This document shows, piece after piece, positions 1 to 9,757 of a DNA stretch of 64,000 nucleotides. The stretch lies in contig JAXGNR010000009.1 of the NCBI GenBank assembly GCA_040767965.1, forward strand, positions 37,955 to 101,954, written 5' to 3'. The notes under the pieces were generated by a model that did not search any database, was not told the DNA's origin, and worked only from the letters and a program-made list of their open reading frames with translations. How positions within the stretch are numbered: position 1 is the stretch's first letter; the number at the start of each line of letters is the position of its first letter. The stretch is from Atribacterota bacterium (GTDB taxonomy: Bacteria > Atribacterota > Phoenicimicrobiia > Phoenicimicrobiales > Stramentimicrobiaceae). The position numbers and the translations under genes were made by a program.

Positions 1-124
1 ATTTGATCTAATTGAATGAAGTGCAGTGCGATAAAATCTATATTAGAAATAGGAATTTGGGATATAACATTATATTAATATTTTCTATTGTTTTCTATTT
101 TTTTGAAAAAGTAAGAGGTATAAT

Positions 125-650
125 ATGAGCAAAGTTACCAAAATTAGAGCATATAAGCAATCTAGTTAATAATTTTGTTACTAATATTTGTGCAACATTA
201 ATGTTAGTATTATTCGGGATAATACTATATGGAGTTTTTTATCGATATTTTTTAAATTACCCTCTGTCTTGGGTCATACCAATCGCAAGAATGCTGGTGG
301 TTTGGATTGGTATTAGCTATTTCGATAGCATTTAAAGAAGGGAACACATTGCTATCAATTATGTTGTTAATGTTTTTCCAGTACCAATACAAAAAATAAT
401 ACACAGTTTGGGATATATTCTCATTATTACATATCTTGTTTTGCTTATCTGGAAAGGTTTTCCAATTGCTTTCCAATCTGCTGAAACTGTCATGATATCG
501 AGAAAATAAGAATCCCACTAATTTGGTCTATGATCGCTATACCAATTGGTGCACTGGTTAATTTTATACACCTGTTGCCTCTACCTTTATTAATTGAGGA
601 ACGTATTGAGCAGTCTAGGAATGAGCAGAAAAATATCGCTTTAGATTTAT
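125..650 (+). pseudogene. TRAP transporter small permease (DctQ-like) remnant, frameshifted
   Basis: ATG at 125; hydrophobic DctQ-like segments spread over more than one frame directly upstream of a DctM remnant. Confidence 0.4.
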
Positions 651-686
651 AAGTAACAAATAAAAATAAGGAGCGAAAAGAAGAAG

Positions 687-1979
687 ATGTTTTTTATAGC
701 ATTATTATTAATAGTATTCGCATTGCTTATGGCTTTAGCAGTTCCTATTGGTTACGTGATAGGAATTACAGCCTCCTTTGGTTTATTATATATAGGTGGA
801 ACGGATTTTTTAAGAATATTAGTTACTCGATATAACAGTGGGCTCACTGGCTTTGTATTAGTAGCAGTACCTATGTTTACTTTAGCAGCTCAATTCATGA
901 ATCGCTCTGGTGTTACAGTATTGCTAATTAATTTTGCTAAAGTGTTTTTGGACGTCTTCGCGGGGGATTGGCTGTTGTCATTACTGCTGTTTGTGTTGTT
1001 TTTGGAATATTAACTGGTTCAGCGATGTAACTGAGACGATTGCAGTTGGAAGTATTTTGATTCCTAACATGAAAAAAGAAGGATATCCGGGGAGCATTCG
1101 CTGCTGCAGTAACAGGAACAGCTTCTGTTTTAGGCCCAATCATTCCTCCAAGTACAGTAATGATAGTTTAGCTACGATGATACCCGAGACATCAGTAATA
1201 TCCTTATTTGCCGCAGGCTTTTTACCTGGATTTTTGATAGCGGGTCTTATAATGCTTATTGTTATTTTCATTAGTTATCGCAAAGGTTATCCCAGAGGAG
1301 AAAGAGTAGCTGTAAAAGAAATTTTTAAAAGTGCGCTAAAAGCTATTATCCCTCTTATGACAGGGATAATCATGTTACTTCCTATATTTTATTAGGAATA
1401 ACTGATGTTACTGAAGCTTCTGCCGCAGGTGCTTTTTATGCTTTGTTATTGGTTTATTTTATTATAAAACATTAAAAATAAAAGATATTTTTGAATCAGC
1501 AAAAAACGCATCTAAGTTCTTGGGTGTTATTTATTTATTACTAGCTACAGCTAGTGTATTGGGTTGGATTATTGCAAAGTGGTCTTAGTACTATGGTATC
1601 AGACACAATAACCGGGTATAGTGGGAATCCAATTATGATACTTATTGCACTAAATATTTTTTTATTAATAGTGGGAATGTTTGTGGACACACTCCCAGCA
1701 GTAATTATACTAGCTCCAATTCTTATACCACCCCTGATAAGGATAGGATTTCATCCATTGCATGTGAGTATGTTATTATTAATTAATTTAAATATTGGGA
1801 ATGCTACACCTCCGGTAGGGATGACCCTTATGACTGCATCAAAAATTGCAGGGGTTTCTTATGAAAGCACAATAAAGCAAGGTTTTCCATTTATACTTTG
1901 CTTGATAATAGCACTTTTAATATTGACTTATTTCCCAGTGATTATTCTATTTGTACCAACTTTACTTGGTTTAATATAA
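687..1979 (+). pseudogene. TRAP transporter large permease (DctM-like), at least two frameshifts
   Basis: Three consecutive ORFs (687-1013, 934-1395, 1554-1979) in different frames together read like one DctM polytopic permease. Confidence 0.7.
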
Positions 1980-2399
1980 TTTTTTTAATCAAGCGAGAAC
2001 TCCCACCTATAAGGGCAGAGGTGAGAGCATGTATCTTTACCTTTCATCCGTACTTTAATTAACAATAAGTAAAAACTTAAAAAAATTATTCTGAATTTGT
2101 TTTTTAATAATTGTTTTGTTGTATTCCATTAACAAAAAGTATTAATTAGTGCTTATTAGTCGAAAGTTCAAAAGATCCAAAAGATGATGGGAAATAATAG
2201 TCTTGCATATAATAGAGAGGAGGTTCATTACCTAAAAGAAATTACTGCGGTAAATGTTGTATTGTAATTGGATAATTGTGGTGAATAAAGATTAAGTAAT
2301 ATAAGTAATAGATGAATAATAGTGAAAAGACATTGTGGCCTCATTAGATACAAAATACGCGCATGTTTTCTGAAGGAGAAAACAATAATGATAGAAAAA

Positions 2400-3604
2400 A
2401 CTATTTCCTTATCAGTCCATCGTCTCCTGCTCTACTCTTGGACATGAATAAGATAGAGCGAAACATAAAAATGTCTCGGCTAGCAGCCGATGCGAATGTT
2501 AGATTAAGGCCACATGTTAAGATTCATGAAAGTGCAGAAATTGCCAAATGCAAATTGATGCAGGAGCGTGTGGTGTAGAAGTAGGTCCTGTGGCTCAAGC
2601 GAGTGTATGGTAAATAATGGGATTAAGGATATAAAAATTGCTCACCACAGTTATTATGGCGGACACAAGGGTGAATCACTCAAAAGAATTCTTTTGAATG
2701 GCGATGTAAAAGTCACTGTTGTAATAGATATGATTGAACAAGCTGAACAAATATCTTGTATTGGTAAAATGCTTGGTCGAGAAGTTTTCTGTAAATATAA
2801 AGATTGATACAAGTATAGTAGCAGGTGGCATTTCACGTCATGGTATCAGAACTTGATGAAGAAGCCTTAATCACCGCAGCTAGGAAGGCTTCTAGATTCC
2901 ATATTAAAGTAACAGGAATTTACGCCCATGAAATGGGTGCTGAAGCAACAGATAAGTCTTTTAGATTTCATGCTTATAAAACTCTCGAGATAATGTCAAA
3001 CTTGGCTATAAAATTTAAAAATGCCGGTATTGAATTAAATGATGTTTCTGTTGGTGCTTCCCTGAATATCGCTATACATGCAAATATCTAAGGAAAGGTA
3101 AATTCGGGAGGTAAATGAACTTCATCCAGGGGAATTTTGTGATTGGCAGTCTTGTATACTGACATCTTGGTGGTAATAAAATAGAAAATTGCGCTCTCGA
3201 AGTATGTTGGTTACAGTAATGAGTACCGCTCATCCAGACTGGGTAATGATTGATGCAGGTTATAAAGGCTTTTTCTCCTGATTATATTTTGGGAGCTGAA
3301 TGAGCGAGCTATTTCTGGGAATACAAAGGTACACCTTTACGCTTTGGTCTTAGGTAAAGAACGCACAGATTTACGGGCAGCAACATTGTGAGTGCTGAGG
3401 TACATATTTATTATATGGATCACTAAACCAAAACTAAATATTGGTGACCGCTTGGAAATTATTCCAAACAACAGCACTTGTGCTATAAATATGCATGATC
3501 CTCTATATATGGAAGTAAGAAATGGCTTTATAGAGAGAGTAATTCCTATTACCTGTGGGGTAAAGGTAACTAGTGTTACGTTCCTAAAAAATCTTTACAT
3601 TTGA
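2400..3604 (+). pseudogene. D-serine deaminase-like / alanine racemase-domain protein (DSD1 family), degraded copy 1
   Basis: Fragments PALLLDMNKIERNI, RLRPHVKIHE and C-terminal GDRLEIIPNNSTCAINMHD parallel the neighbouring copy; several frame changes. Confidence 0.5.
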
Positions 3605-3740
3605 AATATTTTATCTGATACTTTGAGCAAGGATTGATTTAAGAGGAATATTATTATTGGGTTTTGATTAAATGATTCAATGTTTAATATTATATTTATA
3701 TTATTAATAGTAAAACTTTAATATATAAAAGGAGTTTTTA

Positions 3741-4850
3741 ATGGATAGATATATAATTGGTTCTCGAGTTGAAGATATCGAAACACCTGCTCTATTACTT
3801 GAGCTTGATAAACTTGAATACAAGCATAATAAAATGGCAGACTTAATAAGAAAAAACAATAAATATATTAGACCACATTTTAAAACACATAAGAATCCTT
3901 TTAGCGCACAAACAACTTTCAGCGGGGCTATTGGAATTACCTGCCAGAAATTATCAGAAACAGAGGTGCTGGCAAAATCTGGAATAAAAGATATCCTTAT
4001 TACAAATGAAGTGGTGGGGAAGCAAAAATAAGAAGATTAGTAAATTTAGCTGCTTATACTGATATCAAAGTTGCGATTGATAATGAGCAAAATGCAGAAG
4101 ATATTTCTGAGATAGCTTTAGACAAAGGTGTTGTAGTAAATTATTTGGTTGAAGTTAATATAGGAATGAATCGTTGTGGGATAAGAATAGGGGAGCCAGT
4201 TGTAAATTTTATAAAAAAAATAAATAAATTACAAGGTTTAAAATTTTTAGGGATCTTCGCTTATGAAGGCCACGCTGTATTTATAGAGTCATTGGAAGAA
4301 AGGTATAAAGAAACCAATATAGCCCTTGAAAAAGTTAGTCATACCAAAGAATTACTTGAAAAGGAATCCATATTTTTTGTCAAATAATTAGTTGTGCAGG
4401 AACAGGTACTTATATGATTGCAGGGCAACACCCAGATGTTACAGAAATTGAGGCAGGCAGTTATCTAACAATGGATAGCAAATATGAAAATATAGAGGGG
4501 GTTGGGGAAACCTTTAAAACAGCTTTAAGTGTACTTACTACTATTATAAGCATTCCAAGTAATGATAGGATAATTATTGATGCTGGTTTAAAATCTATAA
4601 GTAAAGATTTTGGTATGCCGTTCTCAAAGAACAATAGAGAGATCTAAAATTGTATAAGCTTTCAGAAGAACATGGAATATTTAAGGTAAATAAAAGATAA
4701 TAATAAAAATTTTTCTTTAGGGCAAAAAATAGAATTAATTCCTAGTCATGGTTGTACAACGATAAACTTACATGATCTTTATTATGGAATTAGATCCGGC
4801 ATTGTGGAATGCATTTTGCCAATAGAAGGAAGAGGAAAAAGCTATTAGGT
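3741..4850 (+). pseudogene. D-serine deaminase-like / alanine racemase-domain protein (DSD1 family), degraded copy 2
   Basis: N-terminus PALLLELDKLEYKHNKM...RPHFKTHK, then continuation in two other frames (4145-4387, 4414-4647) and C-terminal GQKIELIPSHGCTTINLHD; breaks sit at homopolymer runs. Confidence 0.6.
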
Positions 4851-5222
4851 AATAATTTTAAAAGCAAGAAAGTTATAGGGTTATAACAGGATCTATTGTT
4901 GACAATTTAACAAAGGAACTAGGGAGTAAGACTTATAACTACCAGATTCTCCCTAGTCCATATTTATTCTCCCAAATTCAGCTATTCACCAATCCTCTGG
5001 AGGCATTTTAACGGTTTCTTCCCGAGCAAGGTATCTTTATTTATTGAATGACACAAGAGACCGTTGTTCATGCTAAGCAATTTTTTGTCTTTATGGGCCT
5101 TAGAAATAACCGTTATGTAGTTTAAGAAATTTTATGCTATAATAATAAAAAATATCAATTAAAACATTTCTTAATAATATTCCGTTATTCAGAACCTATA
5201 ATTTTAAAGGGAGGCAATATAA

Positions 5223-5810
5223 ATGATTGCTTATAAAACAGAAAAACTTAACAATGCCATTTGTTATTTTGCCAATGAAGTTTATAAGCGAAGGAAGGAA
5301 TATTTGCCCCAAACATTATTATATAAATTGCTTTCTTATTTGGATTTCACCAGTATTGAAAAATTAGGAGTCCCAGCTTTAGAGCTAAAATATCGTGCTC
5401 TTAAGAATGGCCCAGTACCTGAAGAGATATATCAAAACAAAGATGCATACGAAACTGATTGCTTTAAATTTGAGAAGAGAAGCAATAGAAGATTTATTAT
5501 TATCTCAAAGAGGGAAGCTGATTTAGATTATTTTTCAGATTTTGAAATCGAGATAATGAATGATTTATTAAACAGATATATCGGCAAAGAAAATACTATG
5601 AAAGAAATCATTGATAATATCTGTAATGATAGTCACAAAGATATCAAAGCCTGGAAAGTAGCATATGACCGGGGAAAAAATAGTGAAATGAATTATAGTG
5701 ATACATTTGAAGCAATTGACCAAAAAGATCTTGAAAATTTATCTATATCTATAAATGAAGAAAGGTTTTTAGTTTATCGCGGCTTAAAAGAAAAAACTAA
5801 ATGCAATTAG
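5223..5810 (+). CDS. Panacea (DUF4065)-like domain protein, putative antitoxin
   Basis: 195 aa; motif KLLSYLDF...GVPALELKYRALKNGPVPEEIY resembles the DUF4065/SocA-type signature; RBS-like GGGAGG upstream. Confidence 0.55.
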   Translation: MIAYKTEKLNNAICYFANEVYKRRKEYLPQTLLYKLLSYLDFTSIEKLGVPALELKYRALKNGPVPEEIYQNKDAYETDCFKFEKRSNRRFIIISKREADLDYFSDFEIEIMNDLLNRYIGKENTMKEIIDNICNDSHKDIKAWKVAYDRGKNSEMNYSDTFEAIDQKDLENLSISINEERFLVYRGLKEKTKCN

Positions 5811-6145
5811 GTTCAGTATTTATTTGGAAAAATTTCCCCCACGGTAAAGATGGTACCATTAAAGATAGATATTTTGTATATGTTGGAGAAAGCCATTTCC
5901 CCGTTAACCCTGTACATATATTTTTAATTACTACAACAACTAGAAAAATGTATTATGCAACAGGTGGTTCTAGAGAAAAGCATAATATTTACAAGTTTAA
6001 AGCTGGTTCTTTTGGTTTTGTGGAAGATTGTATTTTAGATATTGATTTTCTTCAATCTAATATAAAAAAAAGTGCTTTTGACTCCTGTCAAAATGAAATA
6101 AAAGAGGTTGGTAAACTTCCGGAGAAAGAATTGAAAGAAATATAA
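5801..6145 (+). CDS. Small protein with MazF/PemK-like signature, putative toxin partner
   Basis: 114 aa; ATG overlaps the upstream stop by 10 nt; GSVFIWKNFPHGKDGTIKDRYFVYVG and ITTTTRK align by eye with MazF/EndoA N-terminal strands. Confidence 0.4.
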   Translation: MQLGSVFIWKNFPHGKDGTIKDRYFVYVGESHFPVNPVHIFLITTTTRKMYYATGGSREKHNIYKFKAGSFGFVEDCILDIDFLQSNIKKSAFDSCQNEIKEVGKLPEKELKEI

Positions 6146-6847
6146 TATATAATTTAATATTAAAATCTAAATACATAAACTTAAAGGCTAAACAAGATAT
6201 TTATATTAGCTATAACCACGCAAATATAATAGGTCTAAAGAGACCAAAAAGAAAATAAATAAAAAAGAATAAGTAAATAATGGAATCAGATACTGTCTTG
6301 AAAATCAACTCAAAACTATTCTTTAAGGATACGAAGAAATGTCCCCTGTATCGATTCTTTTTAGCTAGATGATAGATATTTTACTCTCTTACCGGAAATG
6401 TTTTAATAACTTAATACTATCTTCTTTCTTAGAGCTAGTGCTGTATAAGATGATTATAGCTGGTAATTTGAGCAAATTAATTAAACATGGATATCTTCTT
6501 CTCTTTTTTGAAGATTTCTAGTATTGCTATTAATTGCTTGTTTAACATCTCCTTACCCTCCCTGCCATAGTAAAGAGCTTTGTTCTCTCAATATAGAGGG
6601 GAGAAATCCCCTATAATTAAAATAATTTAGAGTACTTTTGCGTTTGAGGTATCGATAAAACTTGGAATACTTTTTTGATGAGGCAATTCAATATTTTGAC
6701 ATATTATTTAAACCATAATAAAATTGTAGCCATAAATAACTACATAATTATAGATATATTTACAAAAAAGAATCAAAATTAAGAAAAACATGGATACAGA
6801 GAACCGTTTCCTGTATCCTTCCTCAAAAATGTGAAGGAGGATTAAAC

Positions 6848-7864
6848 ATGGATATGCTTAAAGATAGCAGATATAATTTGAAGCCGGAGTTTCCGCCGCA
6901 TCTGTCTCTTGGAGTAAGCAAGGAAAAATTCATGCTGAAAACATGTGCAATCATGTCCATTCCATTGATCCTGGGGGTACTTGCAATTGGATGGCAAGCG
7001 CTTTGGCAGATCCTTATATCTTCCGGAACGGTTTTGATCCTGCATACTTTAATACAGTTTTGGGAAAGTCAGACAGAACGCCGTGTTTCATATCCTACAC
7101 CTGCATCACCGTTGGTACTGGCCTTGATAGTAGGTTTGAGTATGCCGGCTTCATCGCCATATACTGTGACTGTCGGAGTGGCTGCACTGGCTATGGTGAT
7201 ATTTAAATATTTACAAGGAAGAATTTTTACGCGCAAATTTGTAAATCCTGCTGCTGCTGCAAAAGCGGTGTTGTTGACAATGCTTTCACTTATGATATTT
7301 TTTGAAAATCCCCTTCGGGTAGGCATGCTCTACCATCCCCATCACTTGAATCTGGATTTGTTGTCTTCAGCTGGATTTGCTAGTGCGATTTCATTCTATG
7401 AAACTGATACTTTGACGGCTGTGCAGAGCCTGATCTTTTGGAAAACCCACGGTTGGATTGGTGGCGCTTCCGGGCTGGGAACGCTTGTTGCGGGAATAAT
7501 AGCCTGTTTCTGGATTAGACTTAAATGACGCATTCCCTTAGCTTTTCTTTCAGTAATGACTGTACTTTCAACAGGAATGGGGCTTTTTACGGGAGGAGAT
7601 CCTCTATCGCGTATTGCCCTGCATGTCTTTACCGGAAGTACTATTTTTCTGGCGTTTTTTATGGCTACCGAGCCTCAATCTACACCAATGCCGGAAAAAA
7701 GTCAGTACCTATTTGGTATCTCTTTAGCTGTACTTACTTTTGTTTTACAGCTGGCAGGAGTACTGGGTGGGTCTATTATTGCCCTGGTAATTTTAAATTT
7801 ATTCACTCCCTGGTTAGATAAAATTGGTCATAAAAGAGCTATAGGTATGAAAGGAGGCAAGTAG
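6848..7864 (+). pseudogene. rnfD: RnfD/NqrB-family membrane subunit interrupted by in-frame TGA at 7526-7528
   Basis: ORFs 6848-7528 and 7556-7864 are in the same frame; C-terminal FFMATEPQSTP matches the RnfD FFMATDP motif; combined length about 330 aa. Confidence 0.6.
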
Positions 7865-7865
7865 T

Positions 7866-9152
7866 ATGCGCAGGTATTATGAAGAAAAACAAGGCTTCAG
7901 GATTGATGCTAAAATGAAGTTAGGCCTGGAACAAAATGCCTTCGAAGTAATTCCAACACCTCCGGCGATAATAGTTTTCCTGGATCAACATGTTGGATTT
8001 CCTGGAAAGCCGCTGGTAAAAGAAGGAGACCGAGTCTTAACGGGCCAAAAAATATCTGATGGCGAGAAAAAGCTCACATTACCTGTGCACAGTCCTATTA
8101 CCGGTAGGGTGACCGGATTTGTTGAACTACGCCATCCTATTTCAGGAAAATTGAAGCACGCTGTAGCTATCGAAGCAGAAGGAGAAGAAGAGTGGATTCT
8201 TATGAAGCAGTATCCAAACTTTAAATCTTTAAGTAACCAGGAGATAATCAAACGAGTGCGGGAAGCCGGAATAGTAGGACTGGGTGGGGCTGCTTTTCCA
8301 ACATATATGAAATTATCCAGAGGATCTGATGTGGATCATCTGATTATAAATGCTAAAGAAAGTGATCCCAACCTTGCCTGTGATATTCGGTTGGCTCTTG
8401 AACAACCTGAAGAATTGATTAATGGGATCGAGATTATGGCTCGCGCTCTGGAGGTAGAGAAAGTTACTTTTGCTACCAGAACTGAAGAAGGTGAACTCCT
8501 TCAATTTGAAAAGCTTTTAAAAGAGCGAGGAATAAAAATTGCTCATATCAGACCTTCGTATTCGATAGGTAGTGAACGTCTGCTGGTACGTGAATTGTTG
8601 GGCAGAGAGGTGCCAGTCGATCAATACCCTCCGGATGTTGGTGTTGTGGTGCATAATGTGGCCACCTGTTTTGCAACCAGTGAAGCTGTTATTAAAGGTA
8701 AACCTCTTATTTCCAGAGGTATAACTTTTTATTCCAGTAAAACCGGAGGAAGAAACTTATGGGTAAGAATGGGCACTCCAATTGAACATATTCTGAACTA
8801 CATGAATATTTCTTCTGAGAACATAGATCGGGTTATCCTGGGATCAATAATGATGGGCAAAGGCGCACCTGATTTAAAAACACCCATGCTTAAGTGTTTT
8901 GCTGGCGTGGTAGCATTAACTTCCGATGAACATAGTTTATATAAAAACCCATCTCCGTGTATACGCTGTGGTTATTGTGATTCGATTTGTCCTGTGAATA
9001 TTTATCCATCTTTGCTTCTGGAAGCATTGGAAAAAGGCAGGACTGAGATCCTTGATTCTCTTAATATTAACTCATGTATAGACTGCAATCTTTGTTCTTA
9101 TGTATGCCCTTCTTCAATCAGAGTCAACCCCAAACAAAGAATGATGGGATAA
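7866..9152 (+). CDS. rnfC: RnfC-like electron transport subunit with two 4Fe-4S ferredoxin motifs
   Basis: 428 aa; GIVGLGGAAFPTYMKL motif; CIRCGYCDSICP and CIDCNLCSYVCP cysteine clusters; starts 2 nt after the rnfD-like ORF. Confidence 0.75.
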   Translation: MRRYYEEKQGFRIDAKMKLGLEQNAFEVIPTPPAIIVFLDQHVGFPGKPLVKEGDRVLTGQKISDGEKKLTLPVHSPITGRVTGFVELRHPISGKLKHAVAIEAEGEEEWILMKQYPNFKSLSNQEIIKRVREAGIVGLGGAAFPTYMKLSRGSDVDHLIINAKESDPNLACDIRLALEQPEELINGIEIMARALEVEKVTFATRTEEGELLQFEKLLKERGIKIAHIRPSYSIGSERLLVRELLGREVPVDQYPPDVGVVVHNVATCFATSEAVIKGKPLISRGITFYSSKTGGRNLWVRMGTPIEHILNYMNISSENIDRVILGSIMMGKGAPDLKTPMLKCFAGVVALTSDEHSLYKNPSPCIRCGYCDSICPVNIYPSLLLEALEKGRTEILDSLNINSCIDCNLCSYVCPSSIRVNPKQRMMG

Positions 9153-9524
9153 CTAACCGATTCTCCTTTTATTAAATTCTTAGAAAAATTTTATTTTTAT
9201 AAATAATTGATTTTTTAAAATAAAGAGAGTATATTGAAAACAATAATATATAACTATTAAATCATTAGCAATAGTTTAAATAATTATTAAAATATAAAAC
9301 TTTATATAGCATCATAATGTCTGTAATTAAACTGTTAAATATAAAGATAAAGACATATCTAAGTTTATTTATAGTTTAACTACGATATAAAGAAGATAAC
9401 CATATGTTTCATTTATTAAGAAAACTACACTATTAGATTAGCAAGAAAAATAAGTTAATGTTATGAATTCCCAATTCAAATTTAGAGCATATTTTAAGAA
9501 ATAGGAGGGTTTGCCTATTTAAAA

Positions 9525-9630
9525 AAGCTCTAAGCCGAGAAAGGTAAACCATCGGTAACGATGGGACGCAAAGTCAAGGGTCCCGCCTCAACTAATCCCC
9601 TCAATGGGACTGCCAGACTATCTGCTTACT
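9525..9630 (+). ncRNA. c-di-GMP-I (GEMM)-like riboswitch aptamer
   Basis: GGUAAACC-AUCG-GUAA-CGAU-GGGACGCAAAG-UCAAGGGUCC closely matches the Vibrio Vc2 core GGCAAACC...GAAA...GGGACGCAAAGCC; P2-like stem GGUCCC/GGGACU; about 130 nt upstream of a surface lipoprotein gene. Confidence 0.65.
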
Positions 9631-9757
9631 GCACCATGTTTATTTATGATTCGAAAAGATAAATCATATTCAAACTAAACCCATTACAGCCATATTCTAT
9701 GATGAACAATTATTTAATAATATTAAAGCATGTTATATAAAAAAGGAGGCTATTTAA

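Noticed and set aside
4900-5100. Possible riboswitch or sRNA upstream of the Panacea-like gene (hairpin ACTAGGGAG/CTCCCTAGT)
   Set aside because: Only an isolated hairpin and a short CCUC/GAGG stem; no match to any aptamer core I know; insufficient evidence
7526-7528. Selenocysteine or alternative genetic code explaining the in-frame TGA in rnfD
   Set aside because: TGA is used as a normal stop elsewhere in the window (22767-22769) and no convincing SECIS-like hairpin follows; kept as possible pseudogene or sequencing error
7985-8251. Minus-strand ORFs inside rnfC (7985-8251, 8313-8504)
   Set aside because: Fully overlapped by a well-supported plus-strand gene; low-complexity shadow ORFs
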